A stretch of 64,000 bases of DNA, from contig NC_043001.1 in the NCBI RefSeq assembly GCF_006345805.1, forward strand, positions 62,620,001-62,684,000. The letters run 5' to 3'. Shown piece by piece: positions 22,799 to 35,800 of the stretch (the first letter of the stretch is position 1; every line of letters starts with the position of its first letter). The stretch comes from Octopus sinensis (lineage: Eukaryota). The notes under the pieces are model-generated. The model searched no databases. It had not been told where the DNA came from and saw only the letters and a program-made list of their open reading frames with translations. The position numbers were made by a program, and so were the translations under genes.

Positions 22799-25755
22799 AT
22801 GTAGGAGGGCTGCTGCGCGGAAACTGTAAAAAGAAAATTTCATTCCTGAGAGACCTTGTGACATGCAATCAAGCTATATGCATGGCACTCACAGAAACGC
22901 ATCTTGAACCCGATATAGGTGATGCAGAAATACACATGCCGCAATATGCAGTCATACGCACAGATAGAAAAGGGAGGAGCCATGGTGGAGTTGCAATGTA
23001 CATCCGAGATGACCTCACGCCCCAGGTCCTGCTGTCATATTCAAACTCAGTATGTGAAACTCAAATTGTACACATAAGACAACTGAATATCGTCATATGC
23101 ACTACATATCGCCCACCAGACGCCCCAAAACACTCAGGCATGTTTGAAGACTGCCTAACAAAAATAGGAGAAGTCCTCACCAACCTTGAACAGCACAACA
23201 GTGTATTCTTCATGGGAGACTTTAACCTCCCCAATGTGGAATGGCCTGGGGGGAAGATGCTCCCAGGGATGACACACCATCAGCAGGCACAGGTGGAGTC
23301 CCTGCTCCATCTCACAAATACCTCTTTCATGGAGCAAATAGTTCTGCAACCAACAAGGGCAGATAATATACTGGATCTCTGCTTTACAAACAATATGGAT
23401 ATTATCCATAATGTTAATGTGATGCCGACAATGATCTCGGATCACAACATAATAGAGCTGTCTATGTATGGAACAAAAGCCCCCGCAGACACACAGCCTA
23501 TACGAAGCACCCACCATCTCTCCAACTTAAACTTTCATAAAGCCAACTGGAAGTCGATTGAGAAAGAGATCCTCAAACAGGATTGGCCTGAATGTCTCTC
23601 CACACCGGACATAAACATGAAACACAAACACTTCATGTCCATAATACAAGCCATATGTGACAAATATGTCCCAATGTGCAGGGCCAGCACACACAAGAAT
23701 AAAAACAGGATCCCTAGAGAAAGGAGGATTCTTATGAGACGACGGACAAGGATTGCAAACCGCCTGAGCAAGCACACCAAAAGTGGTGAGAAGTCTCGGC
23801 TCGAAAGAATGCTAATGGAAACTGAGAAAAGTCTACATCAGTCCCATGAAAAGGAGAGAGCAGATAAAGAAGCTTGGGTAATAGAAAATATAAAATCAAA
23901 CCCTAAAGCTTTCTTTAAGTTTGCCAAAGAGACAGCCACAGTGCACCAGAGAATAGGACCTCTCTTCCAAAAAGATGGCTCTCTCACAGGAAATCCCACG
24001 AGGATAAGTGAAATACTGAACGAACAGTTCCAAAGTGTGTTCACTACACCTCTAGGACACAGGCAAGTAAACAACCCAGAAGAATTCTTTGCCACTTTAC
24101 CAGCGGCCAAAGAGACAAAAATTGAGTACATCAACATCGAAGAAGATGATATCACACTAGCCATTGATGAGATTGACACAAACTCAGCTGCTGGACCTGA
24201 TGGATTCCCAGCGATCCTTCTCAAATCGTGCAAACGAGCCCTTGCAAAACCGCTACAGCTTCTTTTTCAGAGCTTTCTTGCAAGTGGTAAGCTCCCAGTC
24301 AAACTGAAAGAGGGGGTAATATGCCCTATCCATAAGGGAGGTAGCAGAGCAGATGCTAAAAATTATAGGCCTATCTCTCTGACCTCACACATCAGCAAAG
24401 TCATGGAACGAATAGTCCGTAAGAAACTAATCATGTTCCTTGAAGAAAATGACTTACTGTCTGACACCCAGCATGGATTTCGACCAGGTAGAGGCTGCCT
24501 AACACAGCTCCTGCAACACTATGACTGGGTGTTGAAACAGCTACTAAATGGCTCAAATGTGGATGTAATATATCTTGACTTTGCAAAAGCCTTTGATAAA
24601 GTCGACCATGGTATGATCTGTCACAAACTGCGTGGTCTCGGCATAGGCGGGAAACTTGGAGAGTGGCTGCACAACTTCCTAAAAGACAGAAAACAGGCAG
24701 TTGTGAGCAATGGAGCCACCTCCAGGGAAACGCAAATAACAAGCGGTGTCCCACAGGGCACTGTCTTGGGGCCACTGATGTTCATAGTGGCCCTTTCAGA
24801 CATGCCTTCAGTTGCTACGATGACCACCCTTGCTAGCTATGCAGATGACACAAAGGTCTCCCACGCAATACAGAACCCTGAAAATATTGCGCATCTGCAA
24901 CATGAGCTGGACACAATATACAGGTGGGCTGAGGACAACAACATGCAGTTTAATGCAGGTAAGTTCCAGGCCCTGCGCTACTGGCACACAAAGGTAAATG
25001 ACGTGAAGACTGGATACACTGGCCCAGGAAGAATTGCAATCCCTGAGTCAAAATCAGTGCGTGACCTGGGCATTGACATGAGCAATGATGCATCTTTCCA
25101 AATGCATATTGCTAATCTGGTGATAAAATGCAGACGGCTAGCTGGATGGATTCTCCGAACTTTCAGAACAAGAGAGAAGGAGACACTGATGGTCCTATGG
25201 AAAACATTTGTCCTCAGCCGCTTGGACTACTGCTCCCAACTTTGGTCACCACACAATATAAAACAAACAGCAGAACTCGAAGCAACTCAGAGAAGCTACA
25301 CAAAGAAAATCGTCTCAATGCAAAATGTCAGCTACTGGGAAAGACTGAAGGTATTAAACCTCTTCTCCCTGGAGCGGAGGCGGGAGAGATATGCAGTAAT
25401 ATACATCTGGAAAATCCTGGAGGGTCTTATCCCAAACTTTGGCATTCAAAGTTACTCCAACCGCAGAACGGGGCGCCGCTGCGTGGTGCCAAGGATTCCA
25501 ACATCACCATCAAAATACAGGTCCAGATACTGCAACAGCTTGGGTTTCAGAGGACCACAGCTTTTCAACATCCTCCCTAAATGCCTGAGAGACTTACATG
25601 GTGTGGATGTGGGTTTCTTTAAAACTAAACTGGATCTCTTCTTGTTGGGAGTCCCAGATGAACCTACCTCACGACAGGAGACACGGATGCGGGCAGCAGC
25701 ATCGAACTCCCTTGTTGATCAAGTGCCACGTATCAGAGGTGGATTCACAAACTAG
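22651..25755 (+). CDS. LINE ORF2: APE endonuclease plus reverse transcriptase, 1034 aa, uninterrupted
   Basis: LTETHL, YRPPD, MGDFNLP, ILDLCFTN; YRPISLTS, YLDFAKAFDKVDH, GVPQGTVLGP, YADD; true start may be the ATG near 22744. Confidence 0.93.
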   Translation: MHGTKNCSAADLATSTKLELPPHKATSNRCRMATTDTNTNTHTTKIFLLNVGGLLRGNCKKKISFLRDLVTCNQAICMALTETHLEPDIGDAEIHMPQYAVIRTDRKGRSHGGVAMYIRDDLTPQVLLSYSNSVCETQIVHIRQLNIVICTTYRPPDAPKHSGMFEDCLTKIGEVLTNLEQHNSVFFMGDFNLPNVEWPGGKMLPGMTHHQQAQVESLLHLTNTSFMEQIVLQPTRADNILDLCFTNNMDIIHNVNVMPTMISDHNIIELSMYGTKAPADTQPIRSTHHLSNLNFHKANWKSIEKEILKQDWPECLSTPDINMKHKHFMSIIQAICDKYVPMCRASTHKNKNRIPRERRILMRRRTRIANRLSKHTKSGEKSRLERMLMETEKSLHQSHEKERADKEAWVIENIKSNPKAFFKFAKETATVHQRIGPLFQKDGSLTGNPTRISEILNEQFQSVFTTPLGHRQVNNPEEFFATLPAAKETKIEYINIEEDDITLAIDEIDTNSAAGPDGFPAILLKSCKRALAKPLQLLFQSFLASGKLPVKLKEGVICPIHKGGSRADAKNYRPISLTSHISKVMERIVRKKLIMFLEENDLLSDTQHGFRPGRGCLTQLLQHYDWVLKQLLNGSNVDVIYLDFAKAFDKVDHGMICHKLRGLGIGGKLGEWLHNFLKDRKQAVVSNGATSRETQITSGVPQGTVLGPLMFIVALSDMPSVATMTTLASYADDTKVSHAIQNPENIAHLQHELDTIYRWAEDNNMQFNAGKFQALRYWHTKVNDVKTGYTGPGRIAIPESKSVRDLGIDMSNDASFQMHIANLVIKCRRLAGWILRTFRTREKETLMVLWKTFVLSRLDYCSQLWSPHNIKQTAELEATQRSYTKKIVSMQNVSYWERLKVLNLFSLERRRERYAVIYIWKILEGLIPNFGIQSYSNRRTGRRCVVPRIPTSPSKYRSRYCNSLGFRGPQLFNILPKCLRDLHGVDVGFFKTKLDLFLLGVPDEPTSRQETRMRAAASNSLVDQVPRIRGGFTN

Positions 25756-25827
25756 TGTGGCTCATTCAGCGGTGGTGCCCCAGCATGGCCGCGGCCTTCG
25801 GGCTAAATCATTTTTAAGGATTTAAGG

Positions 25828-25911
<84 letters not shown>

Positions 25912-25912
25912 A

Positions 25913-25967
<55 letters not shown>

Positions 25968-26346
25968 CGAGATCACCGTGACCGACCAGGCTATCAGATG
26001 TTGCTACACATCGCTGGTCACAATGTGCTTCGCATTGTTTTAGCCTTGAAATGACGCCACCCCACTGGCTAAGCAAGCAGGCCAATATATATATATAAGC
26101 TAACTATGACTTAATTTTCCTCTCACACCATCTCCGATCAAGGGATATTATTAATTAATATCCTAGAAACAGCTGTAAGACCTTCTATCTATAAATGCTC
26201 TAATATCTATACAGCCTTGGTTTTTTTTATCTTATTACACAAAAAATTATTATATATATATATTAGAAAAAATAAGGTACTCAGAAATTTGGATGGTTGT
26301 ACATTTACAGATTTTTATTAATATGTCACATGCGGTTTATAAATCA

Positions 26347-26390
26347 TATATTCTGAAGAATCTACTAGAGTAGATGCAACCGCTAATATG
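26347..26390 (+). ncRNA. Degenerate hammerhead-like motif
   Basis: TATATT-CTGAAGA-ATCTAC TAGA GTAGAT-GCAA-CCGCT-AATATG; stems I and II form, core shows GCAA for GAAA and C for U16.1. Confidence 0.35.
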
Positions 26391-26759
26391 TATATATACA
26401 TGTATACATGTACATATATATATATATACACGTGTGTATATATATAGATGTCTGCATACACACACACACACATATATATATACATATGTATATACATGTA
26501 TATATATATGAAGCGATGTCCAAAGCGAGCTAAGAATTACTCATTTCATTTCTTCCAACCCCTCGTACTACATTCGCCGCTAACACTTAAATGTCTGAAT
26601 CTATTCACTAACTGCTTGTTTGTTTTCTTTTCTTTCATGAGCTAACTGTTGATATTGTTCCCCACAAAATATAATCTTTTAATTTTTAACCCTATCTCGT
26701 AAAGCTTATGTGATAATTATTCGTCCCTGTATGAAGTTAATTTGTTCGTTACTCTATGA

Positions 26760-29700
26760 TATATTCTTCAAACCCTGATTGCTTAATTCTTCTCATTCCT
26801 GTCCCCAATCACACTTTGCCATTCACAGTGTGCCCGCCCTTTCCCGCCCCCACCACCAATACCGGATAACACTATGTTTACACCATCTACACCGGATATC
26901 CCTTCTCCCACCACCATTACGCGTGTCTATTCCTCCAACCCCTCCTCTTCAATATGCTATTTCACTATGTATTACCCCTGCCCCTCTTCCCTAAGACAGA
27001 AGCAGCTAGCGCCGCTGCTCATCAACCGTCCCACTTAACCAGTTATCTTACGTTTCCTTCTGTTTTGAAATCTGTCACTGCCTCAACTGGCCATCTCCTT
27101 CCAGTCCCTTCCCTCACTCGTGATATCCTACGTTTCATTCTGTCTAGAACCTGCCACCACCCCTACCTGTCATCGTTTCTCCTAACCCCCCTCCCCACTG
27201 GTGGTCCCCTATATTACCTGCACTCTCTTCCCCCACTTTCTCTGCTGGAACCCTTCCCCACCGCAATGCAACCAATTTTTTCAGCTGGACCCCCTCCCCA
27301 ACCCTAGAATATCCATGTTTCTGCTACGCTGCTTAAACTATGTTACTCAATGACCATAATGCTTGCTTAGAATGCTACTAACACCTAGAATATCAGTATG
27401 ACCTTAATGCTTATGCTTACAACGCTGCTAACACCAGCTCCTGCCGACGGCAGGGGCCACAACCTTAACATGCCTAAATGCTTGAATGTTGTCAGGTCGG
27501 AAGAGAGATCAGATGAAAAATGCGTAAAAAACGATCACCACCACATCACCCGCTCTTCTTTTCAGGCGCTGAATTGCACCCCTCCCCTACACATTACCTT
27601 CCCAGTTTTCAGAGTTGGCACTGTCAATGTTGGTACACTGAAAAGTAGGTCTAGTGAGATTGTAGAGATGCTTGAGAGAAGACGGGTTGATGTATGCTGC
27701 ATACAAGAGGTAAGATGGAAAGGAGCTTCAGCTAGGGTCCTCACAGTCAAGGCACATAGGTATAAAGTCTTCTGGCAAGGTAACATGGATGGTGTAGGGG
27801 GTGTAGGCATTCTCCTTGCGGAGAAATGGGTGGATAAGGTCATAGAGGTTGTCAGGGTTTGCGATAGAGTGCTTAAGCTCAGGTTAGTCCTACAGAGTGG
27901 CACAGCTACGATTATCTCCGCCTATGCCCCACATGCGGGCTACCAAATGATCAGAAGGACTACTTTTATGATACCCTTCTACAGGCTACCTCAAAGATGA
28001 GTGGCAAGGACCTCATCTTTGTGGGTGGAGATTTTAATGGGCATGTTGGGCGGGAATCGGGTATCTTCACTGGGGTACACAGTGGCCATGGTATTGGCAC
28101 CAGAAATGATGAGGGAACTAGACTACTGGAATTCTGTGATGCATGTAACCTCTTAATCTGCAACACTAACTTCAGGAAGCCTGACTGCCACCTTATAACC
28201 TATCAGTCAGGAGACTCCGCTAGCCAAATAGACTTCATCCTCACCAGACAGCAGGGTGCAGGGTTGCTCTTAAATACAAAGACCCTCCCGGGTGAAGAAT
28301 GTACGCCTCAGCTTAGGCTAGTCATTAGTGACTTTAGGCTTGAGGCCAGAAGGATTCCAAGAAACAGACCAATCCAGAAAAGAAGGATTTGGAAGCTGAA
28401 GAACCCTTCACAAGGTCAGAGATTTAGGGACATCCTCATCAAGAAATTTGATGAGAGGGAGGAGGATCTACAGACGTCGGACATAGAAGGTAGCTGGAAA
28501 TTCCTACAGGTCATCTTGCTGAGTGCCACAGACCAAGTCTGTGGATGGTGCAAAGTCCCTTCCAGACCTAGAGTTACGTGGTGGTGGAATAGTGCAGTAG
28601 ACAAAGCCATTAGTGCAAAGAAACAGGCCTGGAGGGATGGGGGTAGCAGGGAACTGTACCAGGTAGTCAAAAGGGAGGCTAGGCGGCAGGTATACATAGC
28701 CAAAGATGTAGCAGAAAAGAAGAAGTTTGCCAATGTCCAGCGACATGAGGACCAAATAACTAAGGTATTTCGGATTGCTAGACAGTGTGTGAGAGAAAAT
28801 AGTGATGTTCCAGGAGAGAAATGTGTCCACATGGATGATGGTGAAAAGAAAGAGGCTTGGAGAAGCCATTATGAAAGACTGCTGAATGTGGAGAATGAAT
28901 GGGAGGAGGAGAGCCTGCCAAATGTTGACCCAGTAGAGGGCCCAGCTATCCGAATAGACAGCTCCCTTGTAGTTAAAGCAATTAAGGGTATGAAACCAGG
29001 TAAAATCCCTGGCCCATCACGAATCACTGCTGAGATGCTTAAAACAGCTGGTTATGTGGGCTATGGCCTAGTCATCTGCATTGTAAACCAGGTAGTTCAT
29101 AATGGAGTCACACCCAATGACTGGCGTAGCAGCACCATAGTCAACTGCTACAAGGGTAAGGGTGATGCTCAAGATAGAAATAACTACAGGGGTATTAAAC
29201 TGTTGGATCAGGTGATGAAGTTCTCAGAGAGGGTCATAACCCATCTCATTAGGGAGAGAATTTGCTTAGATGAGATGCAGTTCAGTTTTGTGCCGGGTAA
29301 AAGCACCACTGATGCTATATTCCTGGTCCGACAACTGCAGGAGAAGTACCTAGCTAAAGATAAACCCCTCTACATAGCTTTCGTGGACTTGGAGAAAGAC
29401 TTTGACAGGGTCCCCCGATCCCTTATCTGGTGGTCGATGTGGAAACTGGAGATTGATGAATGGCTAATAAGGGCTGTACAGGCCCTATACAGAGAGGCTG
29501 TCAGCAAGGTTAGAATTGGCAACGAATATAGTGAAGAATTCTGGGTAGAAGTAGGTGTACACCAAGGCTCAGCCCTCAGTCCCCTTTTATTCATCATAGT
29601 CCTCCAGGCAATAACAGAGGAATTCAAAACAGGTTGCCCCTGGGAGCTCCTCTATGCTGATGACCTGGCTCTCATAGCAGAATCATTACCGGAACTAGAA

Positions 29701-31113
29701 AAGAAATTTCGGGTGTGGAAGCAAGGGTTAGAATCAAAGGGCCTTAGAGTAAATGTAGCAAAGACCAAAGTTATAGTAAGCAGAAAGGCGAACTCAGCAC
29801 ACACACCCTCGGGCAGGTGGCCCTGCTCGATCTGTAGGAAAGGTGTAGGTAGAAACTCCATAAGATGTACCCAGTGTAAGCTATGGACGCATAAGAGGTG
29901 CAGCAACATCAAAGGGAAATTAACTGATAAGATAGCTTTCATGTGCGGCAGATGCACAGGGACAATACACAGCACAGATACTCAGAAAACAGATTCCATC
30001 ATACTCCAGGGGAAGAAACTAAAAGTAGTTGATAGTTTCCGCTACCTCGGTGACCAAGTTAGTAGTGGAGGTGGATGCTCAGAGAGTGTCACCACTAGAA
30101 TACGAATAGCCTGGGCAAAGTTTAGAAAGCTCCTACCCCTACTGGTGACAAAGGGTCAGAGTGAAAGGTAGATTGTATGATGCATGTGTGCGAACTGCCA
30201 TGCCTCACGGTAGTGAAACATGGGCTGTGACTGCAGAGGACATGCGTAGACTTGAAAGAAATGAAGCTAGCATGATCCGCTGGATGTGTAATGTCAGTGT
30301 GCATGCACGACAGAGGGTAAGCACCCTGAGAGAAATGCTGGACATAAGAAGCATCAGATGTGGTGTCCAAGAGCGACGCTTGCGATGGTATGGTCATGTA
30401 CTGTGGATGGATGAGGAGAGCTGTGTGAAGAAGTGCCACTCCCAAACAGTTGAAGGTATCCGGGGGAGAGGTAGACCCAAGAAGACATGGGATGAGGTAG
30501 TCAAGCATGACCTCAGAGCGTTGGGCCTCACAGAGGCAATGACGAAGGACCAAGATCTCTGGATATATGCTGTGACTGCAAAGACCGGGGCTGCTTCCTG
30601 CACCAGTCCCGCATAGCCCCTGCCCATTCAAAGTACCTTGGATTCCAGAACATCCCGCTGTGCTTGAGGAGACCTATTAAGTCAAGTAAATGAACTTCGA
30701 AATAAATATCAATGGAAATAGTAGTTGTGATACCTGTGCTGGTGGCACATAAAAAGCACCATCCGAACGTGGCCGATGCCAGCACCGCCTCGACTGGCTT
30801 CTGTGCCGATGGCACAGAAAAAGCACCATCCGAACGTGGCTGATGCCAGCACCGCCTCGACTGGCTTCTGTGCCAGTGGCACGTTAAAACCACCTACCGA
30901 TCGTGGCCGATGCCAGATTCCCCTGGCACCTGTGCCGGTGGCACGTAAAAAGCACCCACTACACTTGCGGAATGGTTGGCGTTAGGAAGGGCATCCAGCT
31001 GTAGAAACACTGCCAGATCAGACTGGAGCCTGGTGCAGCCCCTGGCTTCCCAGACCCCGGTCAAACCGTCCAACCCGTGCTAGCGCGGAAAACGGACGTT
31101 AAACGATGATGAT
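26760..31113 (+). mobile_element. RTE-clade LINE (second subfamily), near full-length, degenerate
   Basis: ORFs 27398..28000, 27997..30171, 30161..30616 (VGTVNVGTL, GDFNGHVG, YADD, PHD 29824-29955); frameshifts near 27935 and 30155; tail with (GAT)n; 5' boundary uncertain (pyrimidine-rich leader). Confidence 0.9.
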
Positions 31114-31156
31114 TATATATGTATATATGTGCATGTATATGTATGTGTATATATAT

Positions 31157-31196
<40 letters not shown>

Positions 31197-31231
31197 ATAT
31201 ATACATATATATATATACATGTATATATAAA

Positions 31232-31266
<35 letters not shown>

Positions 31267-31377
31267 ATATATATACATATATATATATACATGTATATAT
31301 ATACATATATATATATACATGTATATATATACATATCATCATCATCATCATGATGATGATATGTATATATATACATG

Positions 31378-31410
<33 letters not shown>

Positions 31411-31504
31411 CATGTATATATATACATATATATATATACATGTATATATATACATGTATATATACATGTATATATATATACATATACATATATATACATA
31501 CATA

Positions 31505-32060
31505 TGTAGTGGATGCGTGGATGTATTAATAAATACATAAGTTGTTTTGTAATAAATTAAAGATTTATTTTCACTACATCAATTTGTAAGCAATGCTACA
31601 CATCGCTTGTACAAAATGCATATTAAATAATGCTTGCAAATAATACATATTAAAGAATGCATAATACATGGTACATATTAAAGAAGAATATGTTTGATGG
31701 TGTGTGTGTGTGTGAGTAAATCATGCAGGACAATCACCTTTATGAATATTCTCTCGTCGTCTCCATAAATGCGTGGCGTTCTCTTAAGCGTTGGTTCTGG
31801 TTCTCTGCAGATACCTATTTCTCCGTTCTATTTATAAAATCTCAAATAGCCAGAAAAATAGATATATCGCAAGAAAAATAGATATATCGCAAGAGAGTTA
31901 TCGTTAAAGTAGGTCGCTGGTCGTTCCGTTAAACTTCGCCTGACCTGCTCAGGTCAGAGGTCGAAGGGAGACGATCCATCATTTTTTGTCAGAACAAAGA
32001 GATTCTGATTTGGCGCCTTTTTGTGCATTGTGCTTAGAGAAGGAAGTGCTAATTCTTACA
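31505..32060 (-). repeat. Gypsy 3' LTR (556 bp); polypurine tract at about 32061-32075
   Basis: TGTAG..TTACA termini; minus-strand AGAAGGGGGGTAG abuts the LTR. Confidence 0.93.
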
Positions 32061-32621
32061 CTACCCCCCTTCTAGTGAGAAAGCCACAGAGATCGAACGA
32101 TATTTGAAATGTATTATTATTATTATTTTAATTTTTTGATTGTGTGCATGCAGAAAAAAAAATTTTTTTACACATTGAACGATAAAAATATGCATGAAAG
32201 GTTTACAATTTGTATGCGCTATATGGTGGGCAATACGTATATGTGCCCAGGCAGAATTATGTTGGCGCGTTGAAAGAGATGTGCGTCTATTGATTACTCG
32301 ACCTACTAGAGGTCTAATAGAGACAAGGTATCTTTCAGTGGCGAAAAAAAAATCGAGTGATAGCACGCATGAGAACAAGATTTGTAAATGTGTGTGGATA
32401 TACAGTTAGCAAAAATATACTTATGAGAAAGCAAAACATTTTGAAGAGAAAACAAAAAATATGTACATGCAAAAATGAAAGAAATGTTCATCGGCAAAGT
32501 TCGATTTTGAAATGTTCCGTAAAAGTTCATACAGACAGTTTTTTGTTTTCATTTTTTTTCTTTCTTTACGTACACAAATGTTCTTTGATTTCTCTGGGTG
32601 GGTGATGCAGTTATGTGTTCA

Positions 32622-35600
32622 TTAGGAAGATGGATACGTTAGGAGTTCAGAACTTACCCGAAAAACTTGCACAAACCTTGCTGGCCATCGAACTGTTCTT
32701 CCTGATTTGGTGTGTCGGGGTTGTGCAGAATCTGTGGTGTTCGCTGGAGCTGCTGAGTCTGTTTGAGGAAAAGAGGGGACTGAATGTAAGTCCTCCTCGA
32801 TGAAAGCTTTTTTTAAACGATCAATCGAGACCGTATTTCGTTTACCTCCAATATCGAGGACGAAATACTTGGGTTCTCTTTTGATGACCTTGTAGGGCCC
32901 GGAATATGGTGGTCGAAGTTGAGAGGGTATCCCATCATTCCTCACGAAGACATGAGTCCATGTGTTGATCTCTTTTGGGACACGTGAAACGACGTTCTGT
33001 TGTCTGGGGCCTGAAGGTGATAACTGCGACATGGATGTCCGTAATTGGTGCACATATTGTTGTGGGTCAGGGAAGTTTTGTGAAACAGGTTCGATCATCT
33101 GCCCAGGTAAGGTGAGTGTTGTGCCATAAACGAGTTCGGCCGGAGTATATCCCAGTTCTTCCTTAATCGTGGATCGAATTCCATGGAGGATGAGAGGGAG
33201 ATGTTCCAACCAGTGAGAACTGTCTGGAGCTGCTTTTATAGATGCCTTGAGTTGGCGGTGAAAGCGTTCGACCATGCCATTTGCTGCAGGGTGCTAAGCT
33301 GTAGTGCGGGTGTGTTTACACCCGAGGAGACGAGTCAGCTCGGTGAAAAGGTGGGAATCGAACTGACGTCCTCTGTCGGTGGTAATTGTTGCGGGTGTGC
33401 CAAAACACGAAACCCATTGTGATATCAGCGTTTTAGCGACCGTTTCTGCTGATATATCAGATAAGGGCCAGGCTTCAGGCCATCGCGAGAACCTATCTAC
33501 GCAAGTTAGCAAATATGAATAGTTCTGCGAAGGTGGCAGGGGTCCAACGATATCAATGTGAACGTGCTGAAATCGTGCGTCGGGCTGCGAAAATGAACCG
33601 ATTGGTGATTTTATGTGCCGGTGGAATTTCGCTTTTTGGCACGCAACACAGCACTTGGTCCATTCTCTGATATCCTTGTTGATACTGGTCCACACAAAAC
33701 GGGTCGATATTAGCTTTTGAGTGGAGCGAATACCAGGATGTGACAGAGAATGTAGAGCGGAGAAAACTTCTCGACGATATTTCTGTGGTACATAAGGGCG
33801 TTGGTAACCAGTGGAAATATCACACCAAATATGGGATGTGGATGATGGTAGCGGAACATGCTGAAATTTCAGAGATGACGAATTCCGGAGCTTTAGAAGT
33901 TCTTCGTCATTCTCCTGGTCAGCTGCTATACGTGCCAGATCAATTGTAGACGTGGTGTGGATAGCATTGATCTGCGCACGTGAAAGTGCATCGGCTGCCA
34001 CGTTGGTCGTCCATTTGATGTGGCGTATATCCGTCGTGTACTGCGATATGAAGTCGAGGTGGCGGATTTCTCTTGGCGAATGGCGATCTGGTTTGGTGTT
34101 AAATGCGTATACTAATGGCTTGTGGTCGGTGTATATGGCAAAATTGGTACCTTCTAGCATATGACGGAAATGCTTAACGGCCAGGTATGCCGCCAATAAT
34201 TCCCGACTGAATGTGCTGTATTTGGTTTCCGCGGGTTTTAACCGCTTAGAAAAGAAAGACAACGGTTGCCATATACCGTCAACAAGCTGTTGTAGCACAC
34301 CTCCGATTCCGGAATCGGATGCATCAACGAGTAACATCGTGGGGCGTCTGGTTTTGGATAAACCAACATGGTAGCGCTAGATAACGCTTTTTTCAGGGCA
34401 GCGAAAGAAACGAGTTGATCTTCGGTCAGAGCTATATCTGCATTTTTGCAGGTTCACTGACGTAGCAAATCCGTGAGCGGTTGCGCTATTTCAGCGAGGT
34501 GGGGCACGAACCGTCGATAGAAATTCGCTAGACCGAGATATTCCCTTAATTTGCGGAGAGATGTGGGTGGTGGAAAATCCACGATGGCCTTGACTTTCTC
34601 GGGAAGGGGACGAATTCCATTTTTATCGACTATATGCCCGAGAAAATGAAGGGAAGGAACTCCGAACAAACATTTAGTAGGGTTGATAACAATTCCAAAT
34701 TGACGGAGACGTTCGAATAGCAGGTGAAGGTGTTGATTATGCTCTTCGTCCGAGTTACTGGCCACGAGTATGTCGTCTATGTAGGCATAGATGAAAGGCA
34801 AACCTCTAGTCACCATGTCGATAAACCTTTGGAATGTCTGTGCCGCGTTTCGTAAACCGAAAGGCATACGCAGGAATTCAAACATTCCGAAAGGTGTAGT
34901 AACTGCTGTCTTTGAGATGTCTGCAGGTTCCACTGGGATTTGGTTGTATGCTCGCACCAGGTCGATTTTTGAAAAGATGCGAGCTCCATGCAGCGAGCTC
35001 GAAAAGTCCTGAAGAAAAGTCACCGGATAGGCATCACTGATAGTGCTTTTATTCAGTGATCGATAATCGCCGCAAACCCGCCAATCGGTCGATGATTTTT
35101 TTGGGACGCAGTGTATCGGCGAGGACCAGTTGCTGCTGAAAACACGGATGATTCCGAGGTCGAGCATGTGCTGGAATTCCCGCTTGACGGCCTGGAGACG
35201 ATCAGGTGGTAACCTTCTGGGCCTTGCAGCAACAGGTGGACCGCTGGTTTTGATGTGGTGGGTAACGTCGTGTTTTATCGGCTGATTATGAAAAACTGGT
35301 CGCGCGACATCTGGATATTCATTCAGGATGGAACTGTGACGAGTCGTTGTCGTAAGCATTACAGTTGGGCTGACTGTGTCCATTCGAGCGGCTATACCGC
35401 GCACAGTAAGCTTGGTGGTGGTGTCGACAAGTCGTCTGTTCTTTGTCTACCAGGAGACCGAAATGATGCAAGAAATCGGCTCCTAAGATAGGGGTCGGCA
35501 GTTTAGCGACGATGAATACCCACTGAAATGTTCGGCGTAGTCCTATGTTTAATGTTAGGGACTGTTCACCGTAGGTTGGAATGGGTGAATGGTTGACTGC

Positions 35601-35800
35601 CTGAAGACAGACTGATGTCTCTTTTCTTTTTCCAGAAGTGTTGGAGACTGGGATGATGCTGACTTCCGCACCGGTGTCAACCAGGAAACGCGTGCCTGTT
35701 ACACGATCGCAAACGAAAAACAGGCGACTGTGTGGGTGCGAACCAGGAACTTCCGTCGCGTTCAATTCCTGGCTGTGCCGTTTCCCGAACTGGGTGAGGA
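32622..35800 (-). pseudogene. Gypsy pol (protease, RT, RNase H, integrase), 2 frameshifts and 2 stops
   Basis: FLVDTGAE, YIDDIL, VDASD..RELLAAY, HSLSHPG..CVACQ, HIDIVGP, TDRGRQF, GMVERFH; lesions near 35442 (frameshift), 34454 (TGA), 34340 (frameshift), 33294 (TAG). Confidence 0.92.

Larger units (their letters stand above)
22242..25831 (+). mobile_element. CR1-clade LINE, ORF1 remnant plus intact ORF2
   Basis: Between (TA)n runs; short TAAGGATT-repeat tail at about 25815-25831. Confidence 0.9.

Noticed and set aside
27398-27560. Signal-peptide-like start MTLMLMLTTLLTPAPA on the RTE ORF
   Set aside because: Comes from a low-complexity ATGCTT/AATGCT repeat in the leader, in a frame upstream of the recognisable endonuclease
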